Virus record (IMG/VR): IMGVR_UViG_3300031853_000032
Location: 3,598-67,597 of that record
DNA length: 64,000 nt
Direction: 5' to 3' (one strand)
DNA from: a virus
Taxonomy: Duplodnaviria; Caudoviricetes
The notes under the pieces: model-generated
The model's input: the letters and a program-made list of their open reading frames with translations, nothing else
Databases searched by the model: none
What the model was told of the DNA's origin: nothing
In this document: positions 18,661-30,200 of the stretch, one piece after another
How positions within the stretch are numbered: position 1 is the first letter of the stretch
Layout: every line of letters begins with the position of its first letter
Made by a program: the position numbers and the translations under genes

Positions 18661-18844
18661 TATTATGAGCCAGCCTAATGCTGATTCGATGTTTAAGATG
18701 ATGGCTATGAATAATCCAAACTGTCAAACACTTTTATCGTGGATGAACGGATCTGGCATGACCCCGAAAGATGCGTTTTACATGATAGCAAGACAGCGTG
18801 GTATAGATCCAGATCAGTTTTTGGCTAACTTACAGCTTAAATAA
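18587..18844 (+). CDS. hypothetical M/Q/N-rich protein (cluster gene 2)
   Basis: GAGAGGTG RBS; 'NP..QMIQQF..G.DP.QF' pattern. Confidence 0.75.
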   Translation: MVNPILGNQNANLNLNTQMIQQFRNIMSQPNADSMFKMMAMNNPNCQTLLSWMNGSGMTPKDAFYMIARQRGIDPDQFLANLQLK

Positions 18845-18846
18845 CT

Positions 18847-19224
18847 ATGTATAAACATTACAATCCGAACGAACAAAATCCTTCCGGAAGTGATTGTGTC
18901 ATAAGGGCTCTTACTAAAGCGTTAAATAAATCTTGGGATGACGTATATTTAGAACTTTGTGTGTATGGTTTTAAGTACAAAGATATGCCTTCTGTTAATT
19001 CTATTTGGGGCTTTATGCTTACTGATTATGGATTTAGCAAATTTATAATCGGTAATACATGTCCTAATTGTTACACTGTGATAGACTTTGCCAGGGACCA
19101 CGATAAGGGCTTATATGTTCTTGGTATGGGTGATCATGTTGTGACAGTTTTGGATGGAGACTATTATGATTCATGGGATTCCGGAACAAAGGTACCAATT
19201 TATTATTTTACCACGACCTATTAG
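18847..19224 (+). CDS. hypothetical protein, possible Cys/His peptidase-like fold (cluster gene 3)
   Basis: 'NP....DCVIRAL.KAL...W' and 'H.V.V.DG.YYDSWDSG' motifs. Confidence 0.65.
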   Translation: MYKHYNPNEQNPSGSDCVIRALTKALNKSWDDVYLELCVYGFKYKDMPSVNSIWGFMLTDYGFSKFIIGNTCPNCYTVIDFARDHDKGLYVLGMGDHVVTVLDGDYYDSWDSGTKVPIYYFTTTY

Positions 19225-19249
19225 TAATTGACTTTTGAGGAGGTATCTG

Positions 19250-20098
19250 ATGTCACTTACAGATGATAATAATATGGTTATGCCAGTAGCTCCCGCTTAC
19301 GGAAACGGTGGAAATAACATGGGTGACTGTTTCGGTGGAAACTGGGCTTGGATTATATTACTTCTTCTGCTTGGTTGGGGAAATAATGGCTGGAATAACG
19401 GTAATAATGGTAATGGTGGATCTAATCTTGGATCACTGTATCCTTGGATGAATCAGGCTGATGTTACTCAGTCTGGGTTTAGAGATATGTCCACTCAGAA
19501 TATGCTTACCGGAATTCAGTCTGGCGTTAATGGACTTTCAACACAGCTTTGCAACTGCTGCTTTGACATGAGAGAAGGAATGTCTAACGGTTTTGCACAG
19601 ATGGAAAGCTCCGCTAATAACCGTCAGATGGCTAATATGAACCAGGCATTCACAGCTCAGACCGCTATGAACAACGGTTTCAACCAGGTATCAGCCCAGC
19701 TGGCAAACGCATCTGCTGACAATAGACTTGGTATCGCAAATTTGGAAGCTGCAATTACTAGGGAAAATTGCGCTGATAGAGAAGCCCTTAATTATTCTAC
19801 GAGAGATATTATTTCTAATCAGGAATCAGGTTTCCAGAGGATTCTTGATCAGATGAGCAAAGACAAGCTTGATGCAAAGAATGAGAGGATAGCTGACCTT
19901 CAAAATCAGCTTACTATGGCTAATCTTGCTGCTTCTCAGACTGCTCAGAATGCATTTATAGCTCAGACAGTTACTGGAGCAATCGATGCTAATTATCAGA
20001 GATTTAAGGATTGTCCTGTTCCTACTATGCCTGTATACGGTAATCAGCCGGTATTTACATGCGGTCAGAATTCTTGTGGCTGTGGTTGCGGAGCATAA
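19250..20098 (+). CDS. hypothetical G/N-rich membrane-anchored coiled-coil protein (cluster gene 4)
   Basis: GAGGAGG RBS favours 19250; hydrophobic WAWIILLLLLGWG; CNCC and CGCGCG motifs. Confidence 0.8.
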   Translation: MSLTDDNNMVMPVAPAYGNGGNNMGDCFGGNWAWIILLLLLGWGNNGWNNGNNGNGGSNLGSLYPWMNQADVTQSGFRDMSTQNMLTGIQSGVNGLSTQLCNCCFDMREGMSNGFAQMESSANNRQMANMNQAFTAQTAMNNGFNQVSAQLANASADNRLGIANLEAAITRENCADREALNYSTRDIISNQESGFQRILDQMSKDKLDAKNERIADLQNQLTMANLAASQTAQNAFIAQTVTGAIDANYQRFKDCPVPTMPVYGNQPVFTCGQNSCGCGCGA

Positions 20099-20112
20099 GA
20101 AGGAGGGATAAT

Positions 20113-20592
20113 ATGGCAGCGGAATATTCAGCAAATGCTGTTCAGACCGTAAATCCTGGAGAATCAGTTATATTTACAAATGCTCCTGTTCCTTGTGATA
20201 AAGGATTTGTGAGACATAGATCTGATTCAGGAAGTTTTATGCTTGCTGGAAGAGTAAAAAGATACTCATGTGGTTGTATGCCTGCATCTGCAAACTACCT
20301 GGTAGATTTCGGAGCAAACATTGCTATCCCTGAAGGCGGTACTGTAGGATCGATAGGTCTTGCAATATATCTTGGAGGCGCAACCGTTCCAACAACACAG
20401 ATGATAGTAACTCCAGGTGCGGTTAACGAGTTTGAAAATGTATCTGACGCAACTATAGTTCCGGTTTGGCGTGGATGCTGTGAATCCCTTACTGTGAGAA
20501 ATACTTCAGATCAGGCGATTCTTGTGCAGAACGCAAATATTATATTTACAAGACCGGATCTGTATATGCAAGCAGACTGTGGAAGGAGGTAA
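20113..20592 (+). CDS. hypothetical beta-rich protein (cluster gene 5; BclA-C/TNF-like fold possible)
   Basis: AAGGAGG RBS favours 20113; Cys-rich beta-strand pattern. Confidence 0.7.
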   Translation: MAAEYSANAVQTVNPGESVIFTNAPVPCDKGFVRHRSDSGSFMLAGRVKRYSCGCMPASANYLVDFGANIAIPEGGTVGSIGLAIYLGGATVPTTQMIVTPGAVNEFENVSDATIVPVWRGCCESLTVRNTSDQAILVQNANIIFTRPDLYMQADCGRR

Positions 20593-20597
20593 GATAA

Positions 20598-21071
20598 GTG
20601 TACGATTTATACGATGACCTTGAAAATATGTGCCATATCTTATCCGAAGAGCTGGCAAAAACCAACGAAGAGATAAATAGAATGGGAGGCGTTAGTAAGG
20701 CTGGTCTTGATTATGTCGACAAGCTTACGCACGCTCTTAAGTCAGTTATTACAACTAAGGCTATGATTGGCGCTGACGATAGAAGAAGTTTTGCTGGAGA
20801 TGGCGGAAACGGAGGTGGCAATGGAGGCGGACAGACCTCTATGTCCTTTCGAAGAGGTGAAAGAAGCTATACCTCGGGAAGATCCGGTACCCATGGTGGA
20901 AGTTTCTCATACAATCGCTCCTCCTATTGGGGACCCTACTACGACCGCTTCAGCTCCTACAAAGGCGGAGAAGAAATGATTGAAGAGTTAAGAGCCCTTG
21001 AAAGAGAAGCTCCTAACAAAGAAATAAGAGAAGAGTTCAGGTCTTTCATAGATAGACTTGAAAACATGTAA
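20598..21071 (+). CDS. hypothetical protein with G/S/R/Y low-complexity centre (cluster gene 6)
   Basis: GTG start with GGAGG RBS. Confidence 0.7.
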   Translation: MYDLYDDLENMCHILSEELAKTNEEINRMGGVSKAGLDYVDKLTHALKSVITTKAMIGADDRRSFAGDGGNGGGNGGGQTSMSFRRGERSYTSGRSGTHGGSFSYNRSSYWGPYYDRFSSYKGGEEMIEELRALEREAPNKEIREEFRSFIDRLENM

Positions 21072-21078
21072 TTAGTTT

Positions 21079-21143
21079 ATAATTAAGCTGGTTGTCGAAT
21101 ATTCCTCCTCGACGTAATAGGTATACCCTTCCAGCTTAATTAT
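21079..21143 (+). other. stem-loop with anti-Shine-Dalgarno loop
   Basis: 13-bp stem ATAATTAAGCTGG/CCAGCTTAATTAT enclosing GTCGA-ATATTCCTCC-TCGAC. Confidence 0.55.
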
Positions 21144-21395
21144 CTTACATTCGATCATTAACGGTAAGCCACGACCGTATATGATAAAGTAACTTACAAA
21201 CATTAGCCAGATTAGTCGTTAATAAGAACGCCACGCTTATTAAAGCTATCTGAGACAACTGTATACGAGCTTTTGTAATTAGTAATTGGTTATTGCTTGC
21301 TTTTAAACTTGCTATACTAAGATGAAGCCGCTTTAGAAACTACATCTTGGATAGTCAATACATACAGATGACACACAAAGGGGTGAAAATTCAAA

Positions 21396-21776
21396 ATGGC
21401 TAAGTTTTATGGAAAAGTAGGTTATATAAGTGGGTATAATAACGAAGATGGTGTATACAAAGAAGTTCCCATGGAGAAAACTTATTATGGGGATGTCTTG
21501 TCTAATTACAGAAGAGTAGACGGTGGTGAAGGAAAAAACTCGGACATCATACTCAACAACAAGCTTTCAATCATAGCTGACCAATATGCTCTTGGAAACT
21601 TGCAGGCTATCAAGTATGTTTATATAAATGGTAGTCCTTGGGAAGTAACAAATGTTGAAATTGAGTATCCGAGAATTATACTTACAATTGGAGGTGTCTG
21701 GAATGGGAACACGGTTGGAACTTCAGAAGATTCTGGAGACGATCCTTGGGACGAACAATCTTCCTCGGGGAGTTGA
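21396..21776 (+). CDS. head closure / head-tail joining protein
   Basis: 'MAKFYG.VGY..YYGDV..N.LSIIAD.YA..W.VT.VE..YPR.IL..GG.WNG' pattern; position. Confidence 0.75.
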   Translation: MAKFYGKVGYISGYNNEDGVYKEVPMEKTYYGDVLSNYRRVDGGEGKNSDIILNNKLSIIADQYALGNLQAIKYVYINGSPWEVTNVEIEYPRIILTIGGVWNGNTVGTSEDSGDDPWDEQSSSGS

Positions 21777-22032
21777 TACCAGAGTATATTATCAGCCGCC
21801 AGCTACCGTTAGGATGACATATCCCGCAATTGTATATAGGAAACAAAGGCTAGAACATAGATATGCCGATAATAGGAAATTTTTTAAAGGCACACAATAT
21901 GAGATAGTACTTATTTCTAAAGAACCAGATAGTAAGTTTATAAATATGATCGATGAATTACCGTTTTGTGCACATAACACTTGCTACACTAACGATAATT
22001 TATATCATGACACATTTACCATTTATTATTAA
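21703..22032 (+). CDS. tail terminator / completion protein
   Basis: GGAGGTG RBS favours 21703; 'VYYQPP....YPAIVY..Y..DNLYHD.F.IYY' pattern. Confidence 0.75.
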   Translation: MGTRLELQKILETILGTNNLPRGVDTRVYYQPPATVRMTYPAIVYRKQRLEHRYADNRKFFKGTQYEIVLISKEPDSKFINMIDELPFCAHNTCYTNDNLYHDTFTIYY

Positions 22033-22052
22033 CCGTTAAAGGAGATAATGAT

Positions 22053-22733
22053 ATGAAAATACAGTGGGATCAGATCGGTGACAAAAAATATGAGCTCGGT
22101 GTTGATCATGGTGTTCTCTTTCTTCAGGAAAATGATGGTTCATATCCTAAGGGTGTTCCGTGGAATGGACTTACTAATGTAACAGAATCTCCTGAAGGTG
22201 CTGAACCAAACGATATCTATGCTGACAATATTAAGTATGGATCACTCCGTTCAACAGAGACTTGGAAGGGTACAATTGAGTCTTATACATACCCTGACGA
22301 GTTTGCTGAGTGCAACGGTGAGGCTGAAGTAGCAAAAGGTGTATATATTGGCCAGCAGTCCAGAAGATCTTTCGGATTCTCTTACAGAACTAACAAGGGT
22401 GATGATTCTGCGGCAACTGTTGATGGATATAAGATCCATTGTGTATACGGTTGCACAGCTTCTCCTTCTGAGCAGACTCATGAGACTATCAATGACTCTC
22501 CTGAACCTGGAACACTCTCATGGGAGATCAACACTGTACCTGTATCAGTTGTTGGTAATAAGCCTACGGCAACGATAACCATTGACTCTGAGAAGGTAGA
22601 TCCTGCAAAGCTTGCAAAGTTTGAGGACATTATCTATGGTTCAGATGGTGCTGACGCTAGACTTCCTCTGCCTGCTGAGATCATCGCTATTTTCGGTAAT
22701 GAAGTAATTCCTGATAGTTCTATCTCAGGTTAA
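22053..22733 (+). CDS. major tail protein
   Basis: 'WD..G.K.YE.GVD.GVL..GVPWNGLT.V.ESP.GAE...YADNIKY' typical of siphovirus tail tube proteins. Confidence 0.9.
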   Translation: MKIQWDQIGDKKYELGVDHGVLFLQENDGSYPKGVPWNGLTNVTESPEGAEPNDIYADNIKYGSLRSTETWKGTIESYTYPDEFAECNGEAEVAKGVYIGQQSRRSFGFSYRTNKGDDSAATVDGYKIHCVYGCTASPSEQTHETINDSPEPGTLSWEINTVPVSVVGNKPTATITIDSEKVDPAKLAKFEDIIYGSDGADARLPLPAEIIAIFGNEVIPDSSISG

Positions 22734-22750
22734 TATTAGCTCATCCTGCG

Positions 22751-22782
22751 GCCCAGTATTCAGTTCGGCTGGCTGGGCTTTT
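22751..22782 (+). terminator. putative intrinsic terminator
   Basis: GCCCAG..CTGGGC stem followed by TTTT directly after the tail tube gene. Confidence 0.55.
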
Positions 22783-22812
22783 AAAAAATCACAAAGAAAG
22801 GAAGAATAAATT

Positions 22813-23274
22813 ATGTATCCAAAAGAAATTACTTACCACGATTTTAACGATGTAGAGCTTACTGAGACGTTTTATTTTAACCTTTCAGAAGCTGAACTAG
22901 CTAAGATGGAACTCACAACAGAAGGCGGTCTTAGAGCTTACATTAAGAAGATCTTAGCAGCTCATGATATGCCTGCACTCACCAGACTTTTCGATAGACT
23001 GATTCTCGCATCTTACGGTATTAAGTCTGATGACGGTAAGAGGTTCATGAAGAAGTGTCCTACAGATGGTCACATGTATGCTGATGATTTCAAGGAGACA
23101 GACGCTTATTCGGTGTTATTCATGCAGCTGTGCTCTGATGACAATGCGGCGTCTGATTTTTTAAACGGAGTTATTCCTGCGAACATTGCCGCTAAGGTCA
23201 AAGAGATTGAAGAAGAGGAAAAGAAGAATAAGAATACCATTGATGGGAAGGTAACGCCACTTTCAAAGGAGTAA
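22813..23274 (+). CDS. tail assembly chaperone
   Basis: position after the tail tube gene; 'FYFNLS.AEL..ME..AYG.KS.DG.RF.K' pattern. Confidence 0.7.
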   Translation: MYPKEITYHDFNDVELTETFYFNLSEAELAKMELTTEGGLRAYIKKILAAHDMPALTRLFDRLILASYGIKSDDGKRFMKKCPTDGHMYADDFKETDAYSVLFMQLCSDDNAASDFLNGVIPANIAAKVKEIEEEEKKNKNTIDGKVTPLSKE

Positions 23275-23277
23275 TTG

Positions 23278-23823
23278 ATGGTTAACATAAGCATTTATCC
23301 TGGTGAATTATTTGACAATGACAAACAGGAATTTATTACACTTGATAAGAAAATAGATTTGCAGCTCGAACATAGTCTTTTGTCCATTTCAAAATGGGAA
23401 GCTATTTACTGCAAACCGTTTTTGTCAGAAGGTTCTATGGATAATGTAACAGCCATGATAGATTACATCAAATGCATGACAATTGGTAAAGAGGTCGATA
23501 CAAAGTATTATTATCTCATACGAAAGGACGATCTCGATAAGATTCAGGCTTATATTAATGCTCCGATGACCGCTACGACATTTAGAAAGCAGAGACCGAG
23601 TGGAAGAAGAGAAATAATAACGTCTGAGCTTATATATTATTGGATGATAGCTGATAATATACCATTTGAGTGTCAAAAGTGGCATTTGAACCGACTTCTT
23701 ACTCTTATTCATATTTGCTCTATCAAGAATACACCGGCTAAGAAGATGACAAAGAAAGAAACTGCGGCTAACTATGCTGCTATAAATAAAGCAAGACGTG
23801 CTAAATACCATACAAGTGGTTAA
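23278..23823 (+). CDS. second tail assembly chaperone-like protein
   Basis: AAAGGAG RBS; 'LEHSL.SISKWE...KPFL' and 'TSELIYYWM...IPFECQKWHLNRLL' pattern. Confidence 0.65.
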   Translation: MVNISIYPGELFDNDKQEFITLDKKIDLQLEHSLLSISKWEAIYCKPFLSEGSMDNVTAMIDYIKCMTIGKEVDTKYYYLIRKDDLDKIQAYINAPMTATTFRKQRPSGRREIITSELIYYWMIADNIPFECQKWHLNRLLTLIHICSIKNTPAKKMTKKETAANYAAINKARRAKYHTSG

Positions 23824-23880
23824 TGGCAAATAAGATCCGTTGATGTCAAAGTCAGCGGATTTTTTAAAAGGAGGTAGGTT

Positions 23881-24273
23881 ATGAGTCATAAAGCTGTTGA
23901 TATTTGCGTATCAGGAAGTTTTAAGAGTACTTATCTCCGCATGGAAAAGTTAAAACGTATATTTCACAAAGGAAGCCCTATTGAAAAATATGCTCAGATG
24001 GGTGTTGATGCTTTAATGGAAGCTACTCCAGTTGTTACCGGAAGACTTAGAAGTTCTTGGTATTATGTGATAGACGATAAACCTGGAGTGTCTGTTAAGA
24101 TAACATGGTGCAATTCCGATATAGAAGGCGGAAAGAAAGTAGTATTCCTCGTCGATGAAGGTCATGCTACTAGAAGTGGCAAATGGGTCGAGGGAAGACA
24201 TTTCATTAAACCAGCACTAGAACCAGTGTTTCAGGAAATAATCAATGGAATCATGAAAGAAGTGGAGGGATAA
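23881..24273 (+). CDS. HK97 gp10-like neck/tail component
   Basis: 'G..AL..ATPV.TG.L..SW.Y..GH.TR.G..VEGR.FI.PA'. Confidence 0.7.
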   Translation: MSHKAVDICVSGSFKSTYLRMEKLKRIFHKGSPIEKYAQMGVDALMEATPVVTGRLRSSWYYVIDDKPGVSVKITWCNSDIEGGKKVVFLVDEGHATRSGKWVEGRHFIKPALEPVFQEIINGIMKEVEG

Positions 24274-24276
24274 ATT

Positions 24277-27200
24277 ATGCCTGCTCCTTCAAATGAAATT
24301 GTTGCCAGCGCTAGATTTGACACATCTAATTTTGAGAGTAACATAGATAAAGCCATGAACTCTCTCCAGAAATTTGAGGATAAACTTAATAATGCTGGTG
24401 GTGGCGAAAGTCTTTCTAAACTTGGCGATGCAGCAAAAGCTATAGATTTGTCGAAATTAGAGCATGGCATCGAACAGCTTACTAAAAGGTTTTCATTCTT
24501 CGGTGAAACAGTTCACCATGTAATGGAAAATGTGAGAAATAAGGTAGACAACGTATTTCGCTCGATAAAAGAAAAGATGATTCTAGATCCTTTTCAAGGA
24601 ATGTCATCTGGTATGTCTGAGTATGAAATGAAGATGGATTCCTTGAAAACCATCATGTCTGCTACTGGTCGGAGTCTCGAAGACGTAAAAGTTCAGCTTG
24701 AGGAACTTAATAAATATTCTGATGAAACAATTTATTCGTTTTCTGATATGACCCAGAATATTGGTAAGTTCACAAATGCAGGTATTAAGCTTGAAGATGC
24801 TGTTGCAGCTATGAAAGGTATTTCAAACGAGGCAGCTCTTTCTGGTGCAAATGCTACTGAAGCATCTAGAGCTATGTATAACCTTTCTCAGGCTATGTCA
24901 CTTGGTTACATGCAGAGAATGGACTGGAAATCTATTGAGAATGCTAACATGGCTACTCAGGATTTCAAAAAGAACCTTGCTGAAACAGCTACTCAGGTAG
25001 GTACTATCAAGAAAGTTAACGATGATCTGTTTCAAGTTGGTAAGAAAACATACAGTCTTAACGCTCTTTATGTTGATGCGTTAAAAGAGGGGTGGCTTAC
25101 TAACGATGTCATGATGGGCACCCTTAAGAACTATGCTGACAAGTCAACTGATCTTGGTAAAAGGGCTTATGAAGCTGCTACACAGGTTTCTACATTCTCT
25201 AAGATGATGGATACGCTTAGGGAAACCATGCAATCTGGTTGGGGTAAAACATGGGAACTTGTATTTGGTGATTTGGAAGAAGCAAAAAGACTGTGGTCAA
25301 GCATTAATAACGTAGTTTCGGCTGCTATTGATAGTATTGCCACACAGCGAAATGAGATTCTTCAGATTTGGCATGATAACGGCGGTTATGACGCTTTTCT
25401 CGAAACAATAAACAATATAATCAACGTTGTTCAGTCAATCGTTGCACCTATAAAAAGTGCTTTTAAAGAAGTATTTGGATTTGTCGATGGTGGTACACAA
25501 AAAGCAGCAGACGGTTTAATAGGATTTACAGAAGGTATTAGAGACTTCGTAAGATCACTAGAACTTTCTATAGATGCTCAGAAAACACTTCGAGAGGTGT
25601 TTAGAGTTATATTTACTGCTTTGAAAGTTGGAATTGGCCTTATTAAAACTGCAATAGGTTTTATTAAACCGTTAGGACACATATTAGGACCTATTGTAAA
25701 GATCTTTTTCGATATAGCAAGTGGCATTGGTAATTTTATATTTAGCCTGGTTCCGTTTAACTCTTTAGCCGAAGGATCAACATCTATTCTTGAAGCATGG
25801 GGTAATATATGCAAATCACTTGGCGATAAAATAACTTCACTCTGGAATTCGTTTAAAAAATCCGATGCTCTAAAAGCGTTTGTAGATATTATTACAAAAT
25901 TTGTAAAATTCATTTCTTCTGTCGGGCTTGATATATTTTCAGATATTGGTGAAAGCATAAGTGAATTGTTTTCCGATTTTAGTTTTGATTCTGTTATATC
26001 AGGGTTTCATTGGTTGATTGGTTTATTAACCGATGCCGCTGGAGCTGCGTTCTTATTTGCCGATGCACTAGTTAAAGCTTTTAAAGTGGATGGTATTAAG
26101 GGTGTTGTTGATGGTATATTACATCCAATCGAATCAGTTAAAAATAATTTGCTTAGTTTTACAAAGGATGCCAAAAACGGTGGTTTGTCACTTTTCGACA
26201 CTATAAAGAATTACATATTTGATGATAGTGATGCGCCGAAAGATATAAGGTATGCAGCAGTTAGTAATCCAATTGTAAGTGGAGTTTATAAACTTGAAGA
26301 TGATACTACGGAATCTTTATCAGTTATTGACAGAATAAAGAGTACGGTAGAGAATATTGGATCTGGATTGGCTGATTTATTCTCGGGATTTGTTAACAAG
26401 ATTAAAAGCATCGATTGGAAAAGTATTGGTACACTTATAAAATTTGTATCTGAAGAATTTTTGATATTTACTAAATCAGGAGTATTCATAGCTATAGCTC
26501 AGGCCATTAAGAAAGGTGTCATTGTAACTGCTATAGCCGGTCTTGTCAACAGTGTGGCAAGTGTATTTAATAATTTTAGTAATATATTTCGTGGAGTTGG
26601 CAAGATATTAAACAACACTGCTGATCTTATAAATGAGGCGAAACAGTCTATAGATCTCGTATCACAAGCTATGGCTAAGAAACTTAGAGCCGAAGCTTTT
26701 AAAGAAAATGCAAAAGCTATCGGAATAATAACTATAGCTGTGGTTGCTCTTATGGCGGCTTTTGCAGGTCTTGTGTATGTATTAAAAGACGTTGATTACA
26801 CGACCATTGGTGTCATTGCCTTAGCAGTAGTTGGTATAACAGCCGGGCTTGCACTTCTTGCTTATGCTGCTTCTAAGTTTGTAAATTCCATGGCTGGTTT
26901 ACGATCGGTTACACAACCTGGTCCTGTTGATAATGGATGGCAGGCTCTTAATAATTTCTTTGTTGGAATAACACGCGGGGCTAATTCTTTCTTAAAAAAT
27001 GCCGGTAAAGGAATTAAATACGCAGGTCTTGGAGTTGCATTAACAGGAGCCGCAGCTTTTATGTTATCGCTTGTCGGTGCACTATTCTTAGTTAGAAATG
27101 CTATAAGTAGCTTTGCAGAAATGACGCCTCATGAATTCAAGAAAGGCTTTAAATCTGTACTTCTTATTGTAGGATTACTTTCAGCCGCTATAGTTGCTGT

Positions 27201-30200
27201 ATCACTAAGCACCATGTCGATTAGCAAAGCTAGTTCTGGCAAAGCTATGTCAAAGAAAAATAGTCTCAGCAGTTTCATCGGAGTAACTGCTTTTATATTT
27301 GCTTTAGTAGCAGCTATTAACTTGATGGTAGACCCAATTAAGCAATTTGCAGCTATACCGAAAAAAGATTTGATAAAAGGTTTACTTTCAATTGCTGCTA
27401 CGCTGTTTTTATTAGTCTCTGCCGTTGCCGCTGTTGCAGTTGCCTCGACAATTCTTACTGCTTTTAAAGGCTCAGCTACTGGGTTTGGAACTTTTATAGG
27501 CGCTGCCGCTTTTATATTTACTTTGGTATCAGCTGTAAATCTTATGGCTGACGCTATAGGTAAATTTGCAGACATAAAAGAATCGACAATGAAAAAAGGT
27601 TTACGTTCAATAGCCTCTGTTATGCTTTGCATTAGTGCGGCCATCGCTATTATATCGCTAACAAGTCATAAAGGGTCGTTTGGTGGATTGCTCGGTTCTG
27701 TAGGAGTGATACTAGCTTTTGTTGGTGCTATTTATCTTCTTATTGGCCCGATAAAACAGCTCGGTGCTATAGATGTTGATACGCTAGTCAAAGGTGTCGG
27801 CGCAATATCAGTTATTGTGCTGGCTATAAGTGCAGCTCTTGCTATTATCGGACGTTTTGGTAATTTTGGCGCTTTTGCTGGTCTTGGAATCGGTCTTCTT
27901 TCTATAGTAGGTGCACTTCTCATACTTAGCATAGTGCCATTCGACAGATTAATCCCTTCGGCGATAGCTTTAGGTATCGTTTTAGCCGCGCTTGCGTTAG
28001 CTTTCAGAGGTGCTAGTGGGGTATCAGGTAAAATAAGTGCTTTCGTTGGAGTAGCTGCAAATATTGCTACGATAACCGCATCTCTTATTGCTTTGTCAAT
28101 GATAAAACCGAAGAAACTAATAGCACCTGTTCTTGTTCTTGGAAGTATGCTTTTCATGTTGTCACGTGTATTTAAAGCGGCTAGCGGTATTGGCGGTGAC
28201 GGTGCTTGGAAGTCTTTTGCTGCTATAGTAGCTAATATTATCGTTATAATAATTGCTCTCGGCGTAATGGCCAATATGGAAGATCAGTCAAAACTGGTGA
28301 TAGCAACTGCTTGTATTGATTCGCTACTACTTATGATGTCAGTGCTGTTCAAAGGGGCTTCTAAAATAAATCCTGCTAGCGCTAAGAAAGCAGCAGCCGT
28401 AATTGGAACTACAGGTATTGTTATAATGGCCATTATAGGTGTACTTGGTCTTGTAGCATATCTTACGAAAGACGTCGATTATAAGAATTTTGCTGCTATA
28501 GGATTCGCTGCAGCAGCTATTGGCTTTGCTATATCTAAGATAATGGATGTCATGCAGAGAAGCAATGGTGCTAATTTCAAAATACTTATGGCAAGGCTTC
28601 TCGTTATAGCTGGTGTAATAGGTATGCTTTCAGTACTTGTTCTGGCTATAGGTGCTGCGGCTTCACTGGCTGGTAATAATACGATGAACATTGCTGCTAT
28701 AGGTGCTGTTCTTTCCGTTATTACAGCTGTTGTAGCTGGTCTTATGAAAGTTGTAGAAGGAACTGTCGCTGGAGCAAATGCTAAAACACTAGCAGCTAGG
28801 ACTCTTGTTCTTGTTGGTATATTTGGTATGCTTTCAGTACTTGCTTTGGCTGTAGGTGCTGCTGCTTCTGTAGCTGGTAATAATACGATGAATATTGCCG
28901 CTATAGGTGCTGTGCTCTCGATTATAACAGCAGTAGTAATCGGTCTTATGGCCGTAATTCAGCATGGAAACACAGCTGGTATTGCCAAAGCTACACTTCC
29001 TCTTATTGCAATATTTGCTGGTCTATCTGCAATAGCTGTTGCTATAGGATTTGCCGCTTCTATAGCTGGTGACAATACAGCCAACATAGTAGCTCTTGGT
29101 ACAATGCTATCTCTTATGACCACTGTTATAGACGGTCTTGTTTTTATAATTGGTAGAACCAATCCACAGTCTCTTATAGCATCAATTCTTCCGATTATTG
29201 CTATATTTGGCATGCTTTCAGTACTTGCTATAGCAGTTGCCCATGCTGCCTCTATCGCTAACGGTTGCACTTCTGAAATACTTGCTATCGGTACAATGGT
29301 ATCGTTACTGGCTGGAGTTATGCTTCTTATAGTAAAACTTTCGCCAGGTGTTGCTCTTGCTGCTAGTGCTGCTCTCGGATTTGTTGCTGGTTCTGCTATT
29401 ATAATTGCTGGTCTAATAGCCATAGCATCAATTATTGGATATTTAGATTCACTCATTGATTTTAGAGAGTCTATGAATGAAGGTCTTGCAATCATAGCAG
29501 ATCTTGCAGCAGGTCTTGGTAAAGCGATCGGCGCATTCGTAGGTGGTATTGCTGAAGGAGTTCTCGAAAGAGTAGGTCAGGGACTTAGTGACTTCTATAA
29601 TAACTCTAAAGCTTTCTGGGATGGTATGGAATCACTCGACAGTGGCACTGTAACCAAAGGCATTAAAGCTATGGTTGGTGCTATAATGGCTCTTGGTGCT
29701 GCCGCTTTCACTGATGCTGCAATTCAGTTCCTTGATATTTTCGGCGGAAACACGATAGGAGACATTGGTGGTAAACTTGTCGAATTTGCAGGTTACATGG
29801 GTCAGTTTGATTCGAAAACGAAGTCCATAAAGAACGCCACCAGATTTCAAACCATATCTAACGCTGCTAAGCTTCTGTTTGAAGGTCTTTCTTCCGCTCC
29901 TACGTCAGGTGGTATCATTGACCTATTTGTAGGTAGCAGTGATGATATTGATGATATCGGTAGTGGCATCGAGACAATGGGCGCGGCGATGAATGCCTTT
30001 AATGAAAAAACTAAAGGTATAAATCCAGAAACAATAGAACCAGCAGCTAATGCTATGAAGGTTATATTCGAAGCTTTGTCGTGTGCTCCTAACGACGGCG
30101 GTTTAATCGGTATGATCGTTGGTAATAATTCTGATATTACTACAATGGGTGTAAACCTTGTTAACTTCGGTAACTGCATGTCGAACTTCGCTTCAACCAT

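Noticed and set aside
21091-21135. HDV-like/theta ribozyme suggested by the TCCTCCTCG loop
   Set aside because: I could not build the nested P1/P1.1/P2/P4 double pseudoknot; kept only as a hairpin
23260-23290. Programmed frameshift or readthrough between the two tail chaperones
   Set aside because: The ORFs are in the same frame separated by TAA, the second has its own AAAGGAG RBS, and no clear slippery heptamer was seen
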